A stretch of 54,289 bases of DNA from a virus (Duplodnaviria; Caudoviricetes): IMG/VR virus record IMGVR_UViG_3300038317_000129, positions 1 to 54,289 of that record; one strand, given 5' to 3'. The notes below the pieces were generated by a model. That model saw only the letters and a list, made by a program, of their open reading frames with translations. It did not search any database and was not told where the DNA came from. The translations under genes and the position numbers were made by a program. This document shows positions 26,701 to 33,965 of the stretch, one piece after another (position 1 is the stretch's first letter; every line of letters starts with the position of its first letter).

Positions 26701-26963
26701 TCAAATTCCGTACCATAGATGCTCTTTTCGCGATGAAGACGCGGAATATAAAATTCACGCTTTTCCGTTGGCGTCTTTTCAGCGATGAATGTCGGTGAAG
26801 TAAAGATAAAGCGCAGCGATTCGATATCCTTGAGCTGCGTCTTTAATTCCTGATAGGCATAAATAGAAAAGCAGGCGGCGGCAATAGAAACACGGCTGCC
26901 CTTGGTAATTGTTTTTACAAGGTCATCTCTGACCACGTTTGTTGTATTATTGAAGACTTCCAT
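23730..26963 (-). CDS. Type III R-M-associated SNF2/DExH helicase
   Basis: ADSVGLGKT, DESH, LSATP, QRFGRIDRIG; N-terminal SIAAACFSIYAY. Confidence 0.9.
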   Translation of the reverse strand: MEVFNNTTNVVRDDLVKTITKGSRVSIAAACFSIYAYQELKTQLKDIESLRFIFTSPTFIAEKTPTEKREFYIPRLHREKSIYGTEFEIKLRNELTQKAIARECAAWIQKKATFKSNITRDGMNNFINVESAADRYTYMPVNNFTTVDLGCERGNNISNIVSRMEFPASSAFIELFDAVWKDEARLQEVTQFVVDSISAVYQENAPELIYFMTLYNIFNEFLEDITEDVLPNEATGFKESLIWNKLYNFQKDAALAIINKLEQYNGCILADSVGLGKTFTALAVIKYYEGRNKSVLVLCPKKLKDNWMTYRGNLINNPLAKDRLRYDILYHTDLSRDRGDTVMGLPIDRINWGNYDLVVIDESHNFRNGGAATGEDNEKENRYTRLMNRVIRTGVKTKVLMLSATPVNNRFYDLRNQLALAYEGHSDVINDKLNTKTDIDSVFRQAQKVYNTWTKLEPEERTTDALLKRLDFDFFEVLDSVTIARSRKHIQRYYDTTEIGSFPKRNKPISLYPKLTDKPNAINYQEIYAQLMELNLSIYTPSKYILASKISKYIDPDSKHAQTISQSGRERGIQRLMNINLLKRMESSVHSFKLTVTRIYNAYYDTVQQIDAFQPGASISVQNVAGADDFDLDDQNTELFSVGKKFKIDLRDMDYVSWRRDLQSDLEVLQLLILMIEDITPQYDYKLNQLIRVVCDKIEHPINEGNKKVLIFTAFADTAEYLYEHLSKVIKDKYGLNTALVTGGVDGRTTIPHFPCDINSVLTCFSPIAKEKSLTMPNDHNVIDILIATDCVSEGQNLQDCDTCINYDIHWNPVRIIQRFGRIDRIGSRNAVIQLVNFWPDLSLDEYINLKERVEARMRISVMTSTGDDDYINQDESGDLRYRRAQLEKLQNEVVDLEEMNSGISIMDLGLNEFRMDLLAYMKEHPSLDRTPFGINAVVRGEKPGVIFVLKNINPGVNIENQNRLHPFYMVYIGDDGEVICNHLDPKATLDRMRRLCRGKTEPDLSACRVFNRETKDGKDMRRISELLRQAVASIIDVKKESDIDSFFGSGQTTFLSGDVRGMDDFELICFLVVMSE

Positions 26964-26978
26964 GCCGCAACCCCCGTT

Positions 26979-27218
26979 CTATTTTTGAGAATTTGCCGCC
27001 TCGGCGCTGTCATCCGGCACGACTTCCATGATATCGCTAATGTCACAATTAAGCGCCGTGCAAATTTTCAATAGAACGGCTGTGGTGAGATTCTCGTTTT
27101 TCCCAAGTTTTGCAAGAGAAGCTGTGCTGATGCCGCTTCTTTCTTTCAGATCGGTACGGTTCATTTTTTTGTCGATTAGTAGCTTCCAGAGTTTATCATA
27201 GCTTATTGCTTTAGGCAT
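26979..27218 (-). CDS. Cro/C1-type HTH regulator
   Basis: ISYDKLWKLLIDK...SGISTASLAKLGKNE...CDISDIME. Confidence 0.9.
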   Translation of the reverse strand: MPKAISYDKLWKLLIDKKMNRTDLKERSGISTASLAKLGKNENLTTAVLLKICTALNCDISDIMEVVPDDSAEAANSQK

Positions 27219-27242
27219 CTAACTTTGCTCCTTTTAATCCGG

Positions 27243-29081
27243 TTAATTGGGCTTAGTTCTCAAAAATCCATAGCGCCCATTGTGATCATCCATTGTAAAT
27301 TCAATAAGGGTCGCCTTACTGTAATCGACATGCTCCGGAATCTCGTTTTCGGCAATGATTACCTGATTAGCACCACAATTTTCTATCATGTACTTAAACA
27401 AGGATTCTTTCATTCCGGGTGTAGCTTTTTCGTTTTCGGCCATTTGTATTTTTTTCTCTTTTAAAGAAAGAATCGGTGAATCTAAAACCAGAAGGTGAAG
27501 TGCATAGGTGCCATGCTCCTCCAGATATCTCATAAGGTTAAAAAGCATTATTGTGTTCAAAAATGCCCGGTAACCTTTACCCTCATTTCGCTTATGCTTC
27601 CCGCCAACAACCGCATCTGCTGTATCAATAGAGATGTACGCCTCTGGCCTGTTCGGATAAGCGCAATCCTTAACCATTTCACCAAAGCTGTCACTTAATA
27701 GTTTCCAAGCCGTTTTATCGAATTGCTTTTTTGCGTCAAACTTCAGGTCGCTGTCATCTTCTTCATTCTCTTTATTAAAAACATCGGCGCTGAGTTCGTT
27801 GGACATCCGCTCAATAGCGATCAACTCCTCTCTCGTTAAGAGGACTCTCTTATACGCATCTACGGTTTCACGTAGTTCAGCTGCTCTGGGACGTAATTTC
27901 CTATTAATGAGGTTCGTGATCGTATCATTTCTTGCGTTCAACCTTTTTAGCTGTGCTTCCAAAGCGGCTATGTCTGCCTCAGTATCCTTTTCGGTTACAT
28001 CTAAATCCCGCAGCTGTAAGGTTATTCGAGCAAGTTCCGCATTGGAAGCATCGATATATGATTCCCTTTGCTTATCAGTTTTCTTGATGGTTCCATCGCA
28101 GAATGGACATTTAACCGAACGCGTAATATTACTGGCTTTTCTGTCACCATCAGCAATGAATCTTAAGCGTTTCAAATCAGAGTTGTACTGCGACCGCAAG
28201 GTGTGATAACGGCCACGTAGAAATCGCGCCTCTTCAAGTTTTGCGCTGGCTGTATATATTTGTTCAAGCAGCCACCTGCTTTCTTCCGAGGCATCTACAA
28301 TTTCTTTTTCAACGCGTTCAATTTCGTCGAGGATAGATTCGATCTTTGCTGAAATATCGACGTCTGCCTCTTGAGCAATCGATTCTTCAATGGCGCCTTT
28401 TCTGTCAGTCAGTTCTTTGATTTTTTTGTTCAGGTAGATGATAACGCCGGTCTTCTGCGTTGCTTTCCTGTCGCGCTCTTCTTGACTCACCTCAGGCACC
28501 AATCTGTGAAGATCATCGCCGGTCATCATATACAACAAGGATGTAAGACTTGCTGTAATTTTCGAATATCCCGGCATATCAAATGCTGTACCTTCTCTAA
28601 AAATATGATTTTCATCGATATAGAAGAAATGTACCATTGTTCGGAAAGTCAGGTCGCCATCGTCAAGGTTTTGCTTCACGATAATTTTGGGCCTTTTCTT
28701 CATACCCATCAATTTAAGCAGCAAATCACTATAGTCCTTTGCGGATAGCTTATACTCACGGCTTTCGATTTCGGGCACATCTGTTGCGATCGTTACTGTT
28801 CCATCCCCGGTTTCGCCGTTTTTGCCATCAACAATTTTTCTCTGGGCAGAAAGACTATAGCCATCATCTGTTTCTAATGTCATAGATATCGTGTCATATC
28901 CGGTATCGGAAAAGGTAAACGGAATCTTCCCTCCAAACATAAAGTTTATACAATTCATGACGTGAGACTTACCTGTATTAGAGGGCCCGTGAATGATGTT
29001 AACACCGTCATTAAACTGAACAGAGGAATACTCTACGTTAGCGCCAGAAGCAGCTATCTGTTTGATGATAAATCTTCTCAT
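27243..29081 (-). CDS. ABC-3C/Lamassu SMC-like ATPase (LmuB-like)
   Basis: Walker A GPSNTGKS, coiled coils, CPFC Zn hook, EGKG signature, LVLDSP Walker B. Confidence 0.85.
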   Translation of the reverse strand: MRRFIIKQIAASGANVEYSSVQFNDGVNIIHGPSNTGKSHVMNCINFMFGGKIPFTFSDTGYDTISMTLETDDGYSLSAQRKIVDGKNGETGDGTVTIATDVPEIESREYKLSAKDYSDLLLKLMGMKKRPKIIVKQNLDDGDLTFRTMVHFFYIDENHIFREGTAFDMPGYSKITASLTSLLYMMTGDDLHRLVPEVSQEERDRKATQKTGVIIYLNKKIKELTDRKGAIEESIAQEADVDISAKIESILDEIERVEKEIVDASEESRWLLEQIYTASAKLEEARFLRGRYHTLRSQYNSDLKRLRFIADGDRKASNITRSVKCPFCDGTIKKTDKQRESYIDASNAELARITLQLRDLDVTEKDTEADIAALEAQLKRLNARNDTITNLINRKLRPRAAELRETVDAYKRVLLTREELIAIERMSNELSADVFNKENEEDDSDLKFDAKKQFDKTAWKLLSDSFGEMVKDCAYPNRPEAYISIDTADAVVGGKHKRNEGKGYRAFLNTIMLFNLMRYLEEHGTYALHLLVLDSPILSLKEKKIQMAENEKATPGMKESLFKYMIENCGANQVIIAENEIPEHVDYSKATLIEFTMDDHNGRYGFLRTKPN

Positions 29082-29539
29082 TCTCGCGGATCCTCCTCCA
29101 TCAATGACTTTGCTGACATTTTATTTATGTTGGAAATCAGTTCTCGTTCAGTTTTACCAGTGACACTTTTAATGACAAGCTGCGCATTCCGGCGATATTC
29201 TGCCGCATACTCGCTTTCCAGTGAATTGCAATAATCTTCGCCATCTGATGAAATGATATAAGCTATTCCGTCATTGAGATTCAACGCCTGTACCAATCCA
29301 TATAAGACCAAGGCTTTCAGGGCAGTTTTTACAGCTTCGCGTCTGGAAGCAAACTCACTGAATTTATACTGGTTGTCGCCATTTAGGTTAGCTTCCGTTA
29401 TATTAAACGTCTTTCCATATGTAGTCATAAAATCAATTGCATAAAGCATATCCAACGTCTGCGGATATTCATAGACATCCAAAAGGATTAGAAGACGAAG
29501 GGCATTTTCAAACGTTGTGTTAAACAGCTTGTTCGGCAT
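29078..29539 (-). CDS. ABC-3C middle component (MC2, LmuC-like)
   Basis: LFNTTFENALRLLILL, DF...YG, NLNG; overlaps both neighbours. Confidence 0.8.
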   Translation of the reverse strand: MPNKLFNTTFENALRLLILLDVYEYPQTLDMLYAIDFMTTYGKTFNITEANLNGDNQYKFSEFASRREAVKTALKALVLYGLVQALNLNDGIAYIISSDGEDYCNSLESEYAAEYRRNAQLVIKSVTGKTERELISNINKMSAKSLMEEDPRE

Positions 29540-30512
29540 TTTTTCTCACCCAGCCCTTCAATCTATCTTCCTTCACGAGAAAATGGCAAACCCCTTTCTT
29601 CTGCGGATTGCCTATCCAATCTGTATCCCGGCTTAACCAACATCTATCAACCCGTGTCAGCGATGCCTGCGCCATAACTTTGCGGAGACGTGTCATGCCA
29701 TCTTTGTAATCATCTTCCCAGACTTCCTTCACGCCCTCATATGTTTCGTCCTTCAGTATTTCAAACTGGTCAGGGTCATTTTTTCGATAGATATCACGCG
29801 TTCCCCGTCTAACAGCTTCAGCTGCAAAATAGTACCCGCGTTGTTCGCTGAAGTGCTTCTGATACTCGAGGTATTGAGGCAGTAAAGAAAGGTCGAAATT
29901 TTCAATATGCTCCAATTCACCATAAACATCAGCCAAGGCCATCGCATATTTTCGTTCTTCCATTATCACGTCATCTGGTATTTCGATAGGCTCCAACGGA
30001 TGCTTCTTATACTCTTCCAGTTCCTGAGAATTTTCTGTTATCGCATCCTGCGACAAGACGTTATCTCGTGTCAGTGAATATAGAAATACATTTGCCAAGA
30101 ACTCGGCAAGTGTATTTTTTTGCCCCCATTTCATCAATTCAGATTTCCTGCTGTCAGAAATTTGTTTGTCCGCTTTTATGACGCCTCTTAGATGAAATAT
30201 GACTTCATCCTCCATCCCCTCAAGGAAGCGGGATACGATCGATTTCTTAAAATACCCAACGATTGTATTCGCAACTCTTTGATCTGTGGAAGCGCTTCGA
30301 ATTGCACGGAGAGGATTTCCGCCTTTTTCTCGGTTCATGATTTTACTGGCCGTTCCTTTGCTGACAGTTATAGCGCATCCATTGCTATTTTCCAGTCCTA
30401 CAGGAAGCGCAACAGCATCGTACAGCAGCTCAATCAAATCCGGATCGGCAACAGTGTCCCGAAAAGCATTCTTTATTTCGATAAGCACTGTAGCAAAAAC
30501 AAGCTCGCTCAA
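29520..30512 (-). CDS. ABC-3C effector-position protein (CTD6-like C-terminus, LmuA-like)
   Basis: QR..YFAAE...GVCHFLV.E..L.W C-terminal domain; TTG start after GGAGG. Confidence 0.75.
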   Translation of the reverse strand: MSELVFATVLIEIKNAFRDTVADPDLIELLYDAVALPVGLENSNGCAITVSKGTASKIMNREKGGNPLRAIRSASTDQRVANTIVGYFKKSIVSRFLEGMEDEVIFHLRGVIKADKQISDSRKSELMKWGQKNTLAEFLANVFLYSLTRDNVLSQDAITENSQELEEYKKHPLEPIEIPDDVIMEERKYAMALADVYGELEHIENFDLSLLPQYLEYQKHFSEQRGYYFAAEAVRRGTRDIYRKNDPDQFEILKDETYEGVKEVWEDDYKDGMTRLRKVMAQASLTRVDRCWLSRDTDWIGNPQKKGVCHFLVKEDRLKGWVRKNAEQAV

Positions 30513-30529
30513 GAAAAACACCTCCAGAA

Positions 30530-30573
30530 TGGAAACTTCATGGTAACTTTACGGGAACTGCGCTGGAACGACT
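30530..30573. repeat. Four 11-bp-period direct repeats in the divergent promoter region
   Basis: TGGAAACTTCA, TGGTAACTTTA, CGGGAACTGCG, CTGGAACGACT; TATACT at 30591. Confidence 0.5.
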
Positions 30574-30771
30574 TTTACGGTTGCCGGCGATATACTTATG
30601 ACATCGGGCAGGAAACGACATTAAAACGGAATTTTCTATATATTATATCACACTTCCAACGAAAAGTAAATATAATATCTGCGAAAGCAAATAATTATTT
30701 TGCTAATTCCCGCTCGCAATAGCCACTGATTATACACCCGTGTAATCAAAAAGAACAATTTGCAGCCTGAC

Positions 30772-30885
30772 CATCGGAGGGAAGGATGCAAGCCGAAACG
30801 GAGACACCGTTAGGTTTGTATGCTTTCCTCTTTTGCATACCTCCGATGACCTCCGTTTCGAGACAACGAAAACGGAGGAATTTTT
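30772..30885 (+). promoter_or_regulatory. Structured 5' leader occluding the RBS of the sigma-like gene
   Basis: CCTCCGTTT (30850-30858) pairs with AAACGGAGG (30870-30878); alternative partner CGAAACGGAG (30794-30803). Confidence 0.55.
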
Positions 30886-31413
30886 ATGCAAACTCAAGAC
30901 AATCAGCGCAAAATCTACATCCGCAGCACCAAAACATGGGTGCCCGTAACCGAAGAAGTCTATCTCGCGTATTATCGCCCCATTTGGCGCACACAAAAGG
31001 CGGCACAGAAAGCCGGTCAGTGTTTCTGCCCCAAGGACAAGCTCTGGCTGTGTGACGGCGACTGTGCCATGTGCGAATATCGTGCCGCCGGTAATACGAT
31101 ATCGCTTGACGCACCGATAGAAAACGCCAATGGCGATGCGTTCAGTCTCGTCGAGACCATCGAGGACCCGACCGCAGACTTTGCTGATGTCCTTGTGGAC
31201 AGGCTTTTGCTTGAACAGCTTCTCGATGAGTTGGCGGAGCGTGACCCCGAAGGCAAACGTATTTGCGAGATCCTTATGGAAGGCTGCTCAAAAACTGAAA
31301 TCGCGGATACTCTCCAACGAGAGTTCGGCGGCGACTGGTATAAGTCCAAAGCGGTCTACCGTGAAAAGCAGGTCCTCGAACGACTGCGTAAACGCATCTT
31401 AGGACTCAAGTAA
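30886..31413 (+). CDS. Sigma-70 region 4-like phage early regulator
   Basis: PVTEEVY..Y.R, CDGDC..CEY, SLD, C-terminal HTH SKTEIA; first early gene. Confidence 0.7.
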   Translation: MQTQDNQRKIYIRSTKTWVPVTEEVYLAYYRPIWRTQKAAQKAGQCFCPKDKLWLCDGDCAMCEYRAAGNTISLDAPIENANGDAFSLVETIEDPTADFADVLVDRLLLEQLLDELAERDPEGKRICEILMEGCSKTEIADTLQREFGGDWYKSKAVYREKQVLERLRKRILGLK

Positions 31414-31422
31414 TCACTCCGT

Positions 31423-31467
31423 TTTGCCCTCTGCCAGAGCTTTCTGGTGGAGGGCAAACTTATTTTT
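31423..31467 (+). terminator. Intrinsic terminator after the sigma-like gene
   Basis: TTTGCCCTCTGCCAGA-GCTT-TCTGGTGGAGGGCAAA plus T-rich tail. Confidence 0.65.
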
Positions 31468-31473
31468 CTGATT

Positions 31474-31508
31474 TTTTGTACGATGGGCTTCCTTTTTTCC
31501 AGTGGGTA
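31474..31508 (+). promoter_or_regulatory. Element B-specific promoter repeat, copy 1
   Basis: TTTTGTACGATGGGCTTCCTTTTTTCCAGTGGGTA; 34/35 identical to 35911..35945. Confidence 0.65.
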
Positions 31509-31554
31509 GTGAGGACAGGAAAAAACGAAAAGTCCTCAGATTGGAGGAAGCCTT

Positions 31555-31761
31555 ATGAACGACAAGAGACAAATCAACGACACCGACGAGGAATTGATTG
31601 ACACCTTACTTGCAATCAGCGTCGTGTCCAAGCGGCTGGCGAGAAATCTTTCTATCCTCGCTGCCCAAAGCAAATCTAAGGAAGGAGGAAAATCAGATGA
31701 GCAAAATGAGCGAAATGGCTGCGACCATCGAAGAACTGCGCAACGCCGCTACTGCGATTAA
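31555..31761 (+). CDS. Small phage hypothetical protein
   Basis: GGAGG RBS; DEELIDTLLAISVVSKRLA motif. Confidence 0.65.
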   Translation: MNDKRQINDTDEELIDTLLAISVVSKRLARNLSILAAQSKSKEGGKSDEQNERNGCDHRRTAQRRYCD

Positions 31762-32005
31762 CCAAGCTGCCAACTGGCTGGCGGAGCAGTTCAGCGGCAA
31801 TGAGCCGGAACCTGAATCCGCGCCTGCCGAGCCAATGCTGACACTGGAACAGGTGCGGGCTGTGCTTGCGGACAAATCCCGTGCAGGCTTCACCGCTCAG
31901 ATTCGCTCTCTGCTCCAAAAACACGGTGCGGCGAAACTGTCGGAGATTGAACCTTCGCATTACGCCGACCTGCTCAAAGAGGTGGAGGGCTTGGGAAATG
32001 GGTAA
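31697..32005 (+). CDS. Conserved phage hypothetical protein
   Basis: MSKMSEM...TLEQVRAVLADKSRAG.TAQIR.LL.KHGA.KLS. Confidence 0.75.
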   Translation: MSKMSEMAATIEELRNAATAINQAANWLAEQFSGNEPEPESAPAEPMLTLEQVRAVLADKSRAGFTAQIRSLLQKHGAAKLSEIEPSHYADLLKEVEGLGNG

Positions 32006-33131
32006 ACACGCCATTCTCTCCGCATCCAGTGCTAACCGTTGGCTCCACTGCCCGCCGTCCGCCAGACTCTGCGAAGCCTACGAGGACAAGGGCAGTGACT
32101 ACGCCGCCGAAGGCACCGACGCTCACGCGCTGTGCGAATACAAGCTCCGGAAGGCACTGGGCATGGAAGCGACCGATCCGACCAAAAATCTGAGCTGGTA
32201 CAACTCTGAAATGGAAGAATGTGCCACTGGCTATGCGGCCTATGTGCTCGAACAGGTGGAAGCGGCAAAGCAGACCTGCGCCGACCCGATTGTTCTCATC
32301 GAACAGCGAGTGGATTTCTCCCGCTGGGTGGAGGGCGGCTTTGGCACTGCCGACTGCATCATTATTGCTGACGGAGTCCTCAAAATTGTGGACTACAAGC
32401 ACGGTAAGGGTGTTGAGGTCAGCGCCGTGGATAATCCGCAGATGATGCTCTACGCCCTTGGCGCTCTGGAGATTTTCGACGGCATCTACGACATCAATAC
32501 CATTCGCATGACAATTTACCAGCCGCGTAAATCAAACATCAGCGTATATGAAATGCAAAAATCCGACCTGCTTGGGTGGGCGGATACGGAACTAACCGAA
32601 AAGGCTCAGCTGGCCTATGGCGGTCAGGGAAAGTTTCACTGCGGCGAATGGTGCCGGTTCTGTAAGGCGAAAGCCGAGTGCAGAGAACGCGCCGCTGTCA
32701 ATCTGGAGCTCGCCCAGTATGAGTTTCAGTCTCCCGCTCTCCTTGATGATGATGAAATTGCAGATATACTCGGCAGGCTTGACGCCCTGACCGCCTGGGC
32801 GGCTGATGTGAAGGAATATGCGCTCCGGCAAGCGCTCAGCGGTAAGAAGTGGACCGGCTGGAAGCTGGTTGAAGGTCGCTCTAATCGCAGGTACACAAAC
32901 GAAACAGCTGTTGCCAGTGCTGTTGAAAGCATAGGCATTGACCCCTATGAGCACAAAGTGCTGGGCGTCACCGCCATGCAGAAACTGCTCGGCAAATCCC
33001 GCTTTGAGGAACTTCTTGCACCCTACATTGAAAAGCCGCAAGGCAAGCCGACGCTCGTGCCGGAGAGCGATAAACGTCCGGCAATCAACACCGCAAAAAA
33101 TGATTTTATGGAGGAAAACGATTATGAATAA
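31998..33131 (+). CDS. DUF2800 Cas4-like PD-(D/E)xK exonuclease
   Basis: HAILSASS..RW..C, EGT.AH, GTAD, DYKHG, C.FCK. Confidence 0.85.
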   Translation: MGKHAILSASSANRWLHCPPSARLCEAYEDKGSDYAAEGTDAHALCEYKLRKALGMEATDPTKNLSWYNSEMEECATGYAAYVLEQVEAAKQTCADPIVLIEQRVDFSRWVEGGFGTADCIIIADGVLKIVDYKHGKGVEVSAVDNPQMMLYALGALEIFDGIYDINTIRMTIYQPRKSNISVYEMQKSDLLGWADTELTEKAQLAYGGQGKFHCGEWCRFCKAKAECRERAAVNLELAQYEFQSPALLDDDEIADILGRLDALTAWAADVKEYALRQALSGKKWTGWKLVEGRSNRRYTNETAVASAVESIGIDPYEHKVLGVTAMQKLLGKSRFEELLAPYIEKPQGKPTLVPESDKRPAINTAKNDFMEENDYE

Positions 33132-33699
33132 CAGCACTACGAAAGTCAACAACCCGATGAAGGTCATCACCGGCCCCGATACCCGCTGGTCTTACGCCAA
33201 CGTCTGGGAGCCCAAGTCTATCAACGGCGGTACGCCGAAATACAGCGTCAGCCTGATTATTCCCAAGTCCGACACCAAGACGCTTGCCAAAATCAAGGCG
33301 GCTATTGAGGCGGCATACCACGAGGGCGAAGCAAAGCTCAAGGGCAACGGTAAATCTGTGCCTCCGCTGGCGGCACTCAAAACCCCGCTGCGCGACGGCG
33401 ACACCGAACGCCCCGATGATGAAGCCTACGCCAATGCCTACTTCATCAACGCCAACGCGACCACTGCTCCCGGCATTGTGGACGCCGACCGCAATCCGAT
33501 TCTGACCCGTTCGGAGGTTTACTCCGGCGTGTACGGCAGGGCAAGCATCAGTTTCTATGCTTTCAATTCCAATGGCAATAAAGGCATCGCCTGTGGGCTC
33601 AATAACCTGCAGAAAATCCGCGACGGGGAGCCTCTCGGCGGCAAGGCAAGCGCGGAGTCCGACTTTGCCACCGATGATGACGACGATTTTTTGAACTGA
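33124..33699 (+). CDS. DUF2815 ssDNA-binding protein
   Basis: RWSYANVWEP, PLRDGD, YSGVY, GLNNLQK.RDGEPL, acidic tail. Confidence 0.9.
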   Translation: MNNSTTKVNNPMKVITGPDTRWSYANVWEPKSINGGTPKYSVSLIIPKSDTKTLAKIKAAIEAAYHEGEAKLKGNGKSVPPLAALKTPLRDGDTERPDDEAYANAYFINANATTAPGIVDADRNPILTRSEVYSGVYGRASISFYAFNSNGNKGIACGLNNLQKIRDGEPLGGKASAESDFATDDDDDFLN

Positions 33700-33719
33700 G
33701 AAAGGAAAGGTGAAAATAC

Positions 33720-33902
33720 ATGACAACCTTACAGACCGTTTTAGTTACCGCCCTTATCGCCATCTGGCTCTGCATCAGTGTCGGGTTTCTTGTCTCTGTG
33801 ATTCAGAGCGCAATATATGACCGCAAGCGCGAAAAACGAGAGAAGGCGCAGGCAGCCCGCGACCTTGAATACCACGAAAAGCGCATGGCGGACTTTAAGT
33901 AA
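33720..33902 (+). CDS. Small single-pass membrane protein
   Basis: Hydrophobic N-terminal helix, charged tail, AAGGTG RBS. Confidence 0.6.
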   Translation: MTTLQTVLVTALIAIWLCISVGFLVSVIQSAIYDRKREKREKAQAARDLEYHEKRMADFK

Positions 33903-33912
33903 AACAGCAGGG

Positions 33913-33948
33913 ACAAAGCGGCAGAGCTTGCTTTGCCGCCTTGTTTCT
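33913..33948 (+). terminator. Hairpin/terminator
   Basis: CAAAGCGGCAGAGC-TT-GCTTTGCCGCCTTG-TTTCT. Confidence 0.5.
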
Positions 33949-33965
33949 ATTAAGGACGGTTGCTT

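Noticed and set aside
31998-33131. Cas4-like nuclease as a sign of CRISPR-Cas
   Set aside because: It is the usual DUF2800 phage recombination nuclease; I saw no repeat-spacer array or other cas genes in the window.
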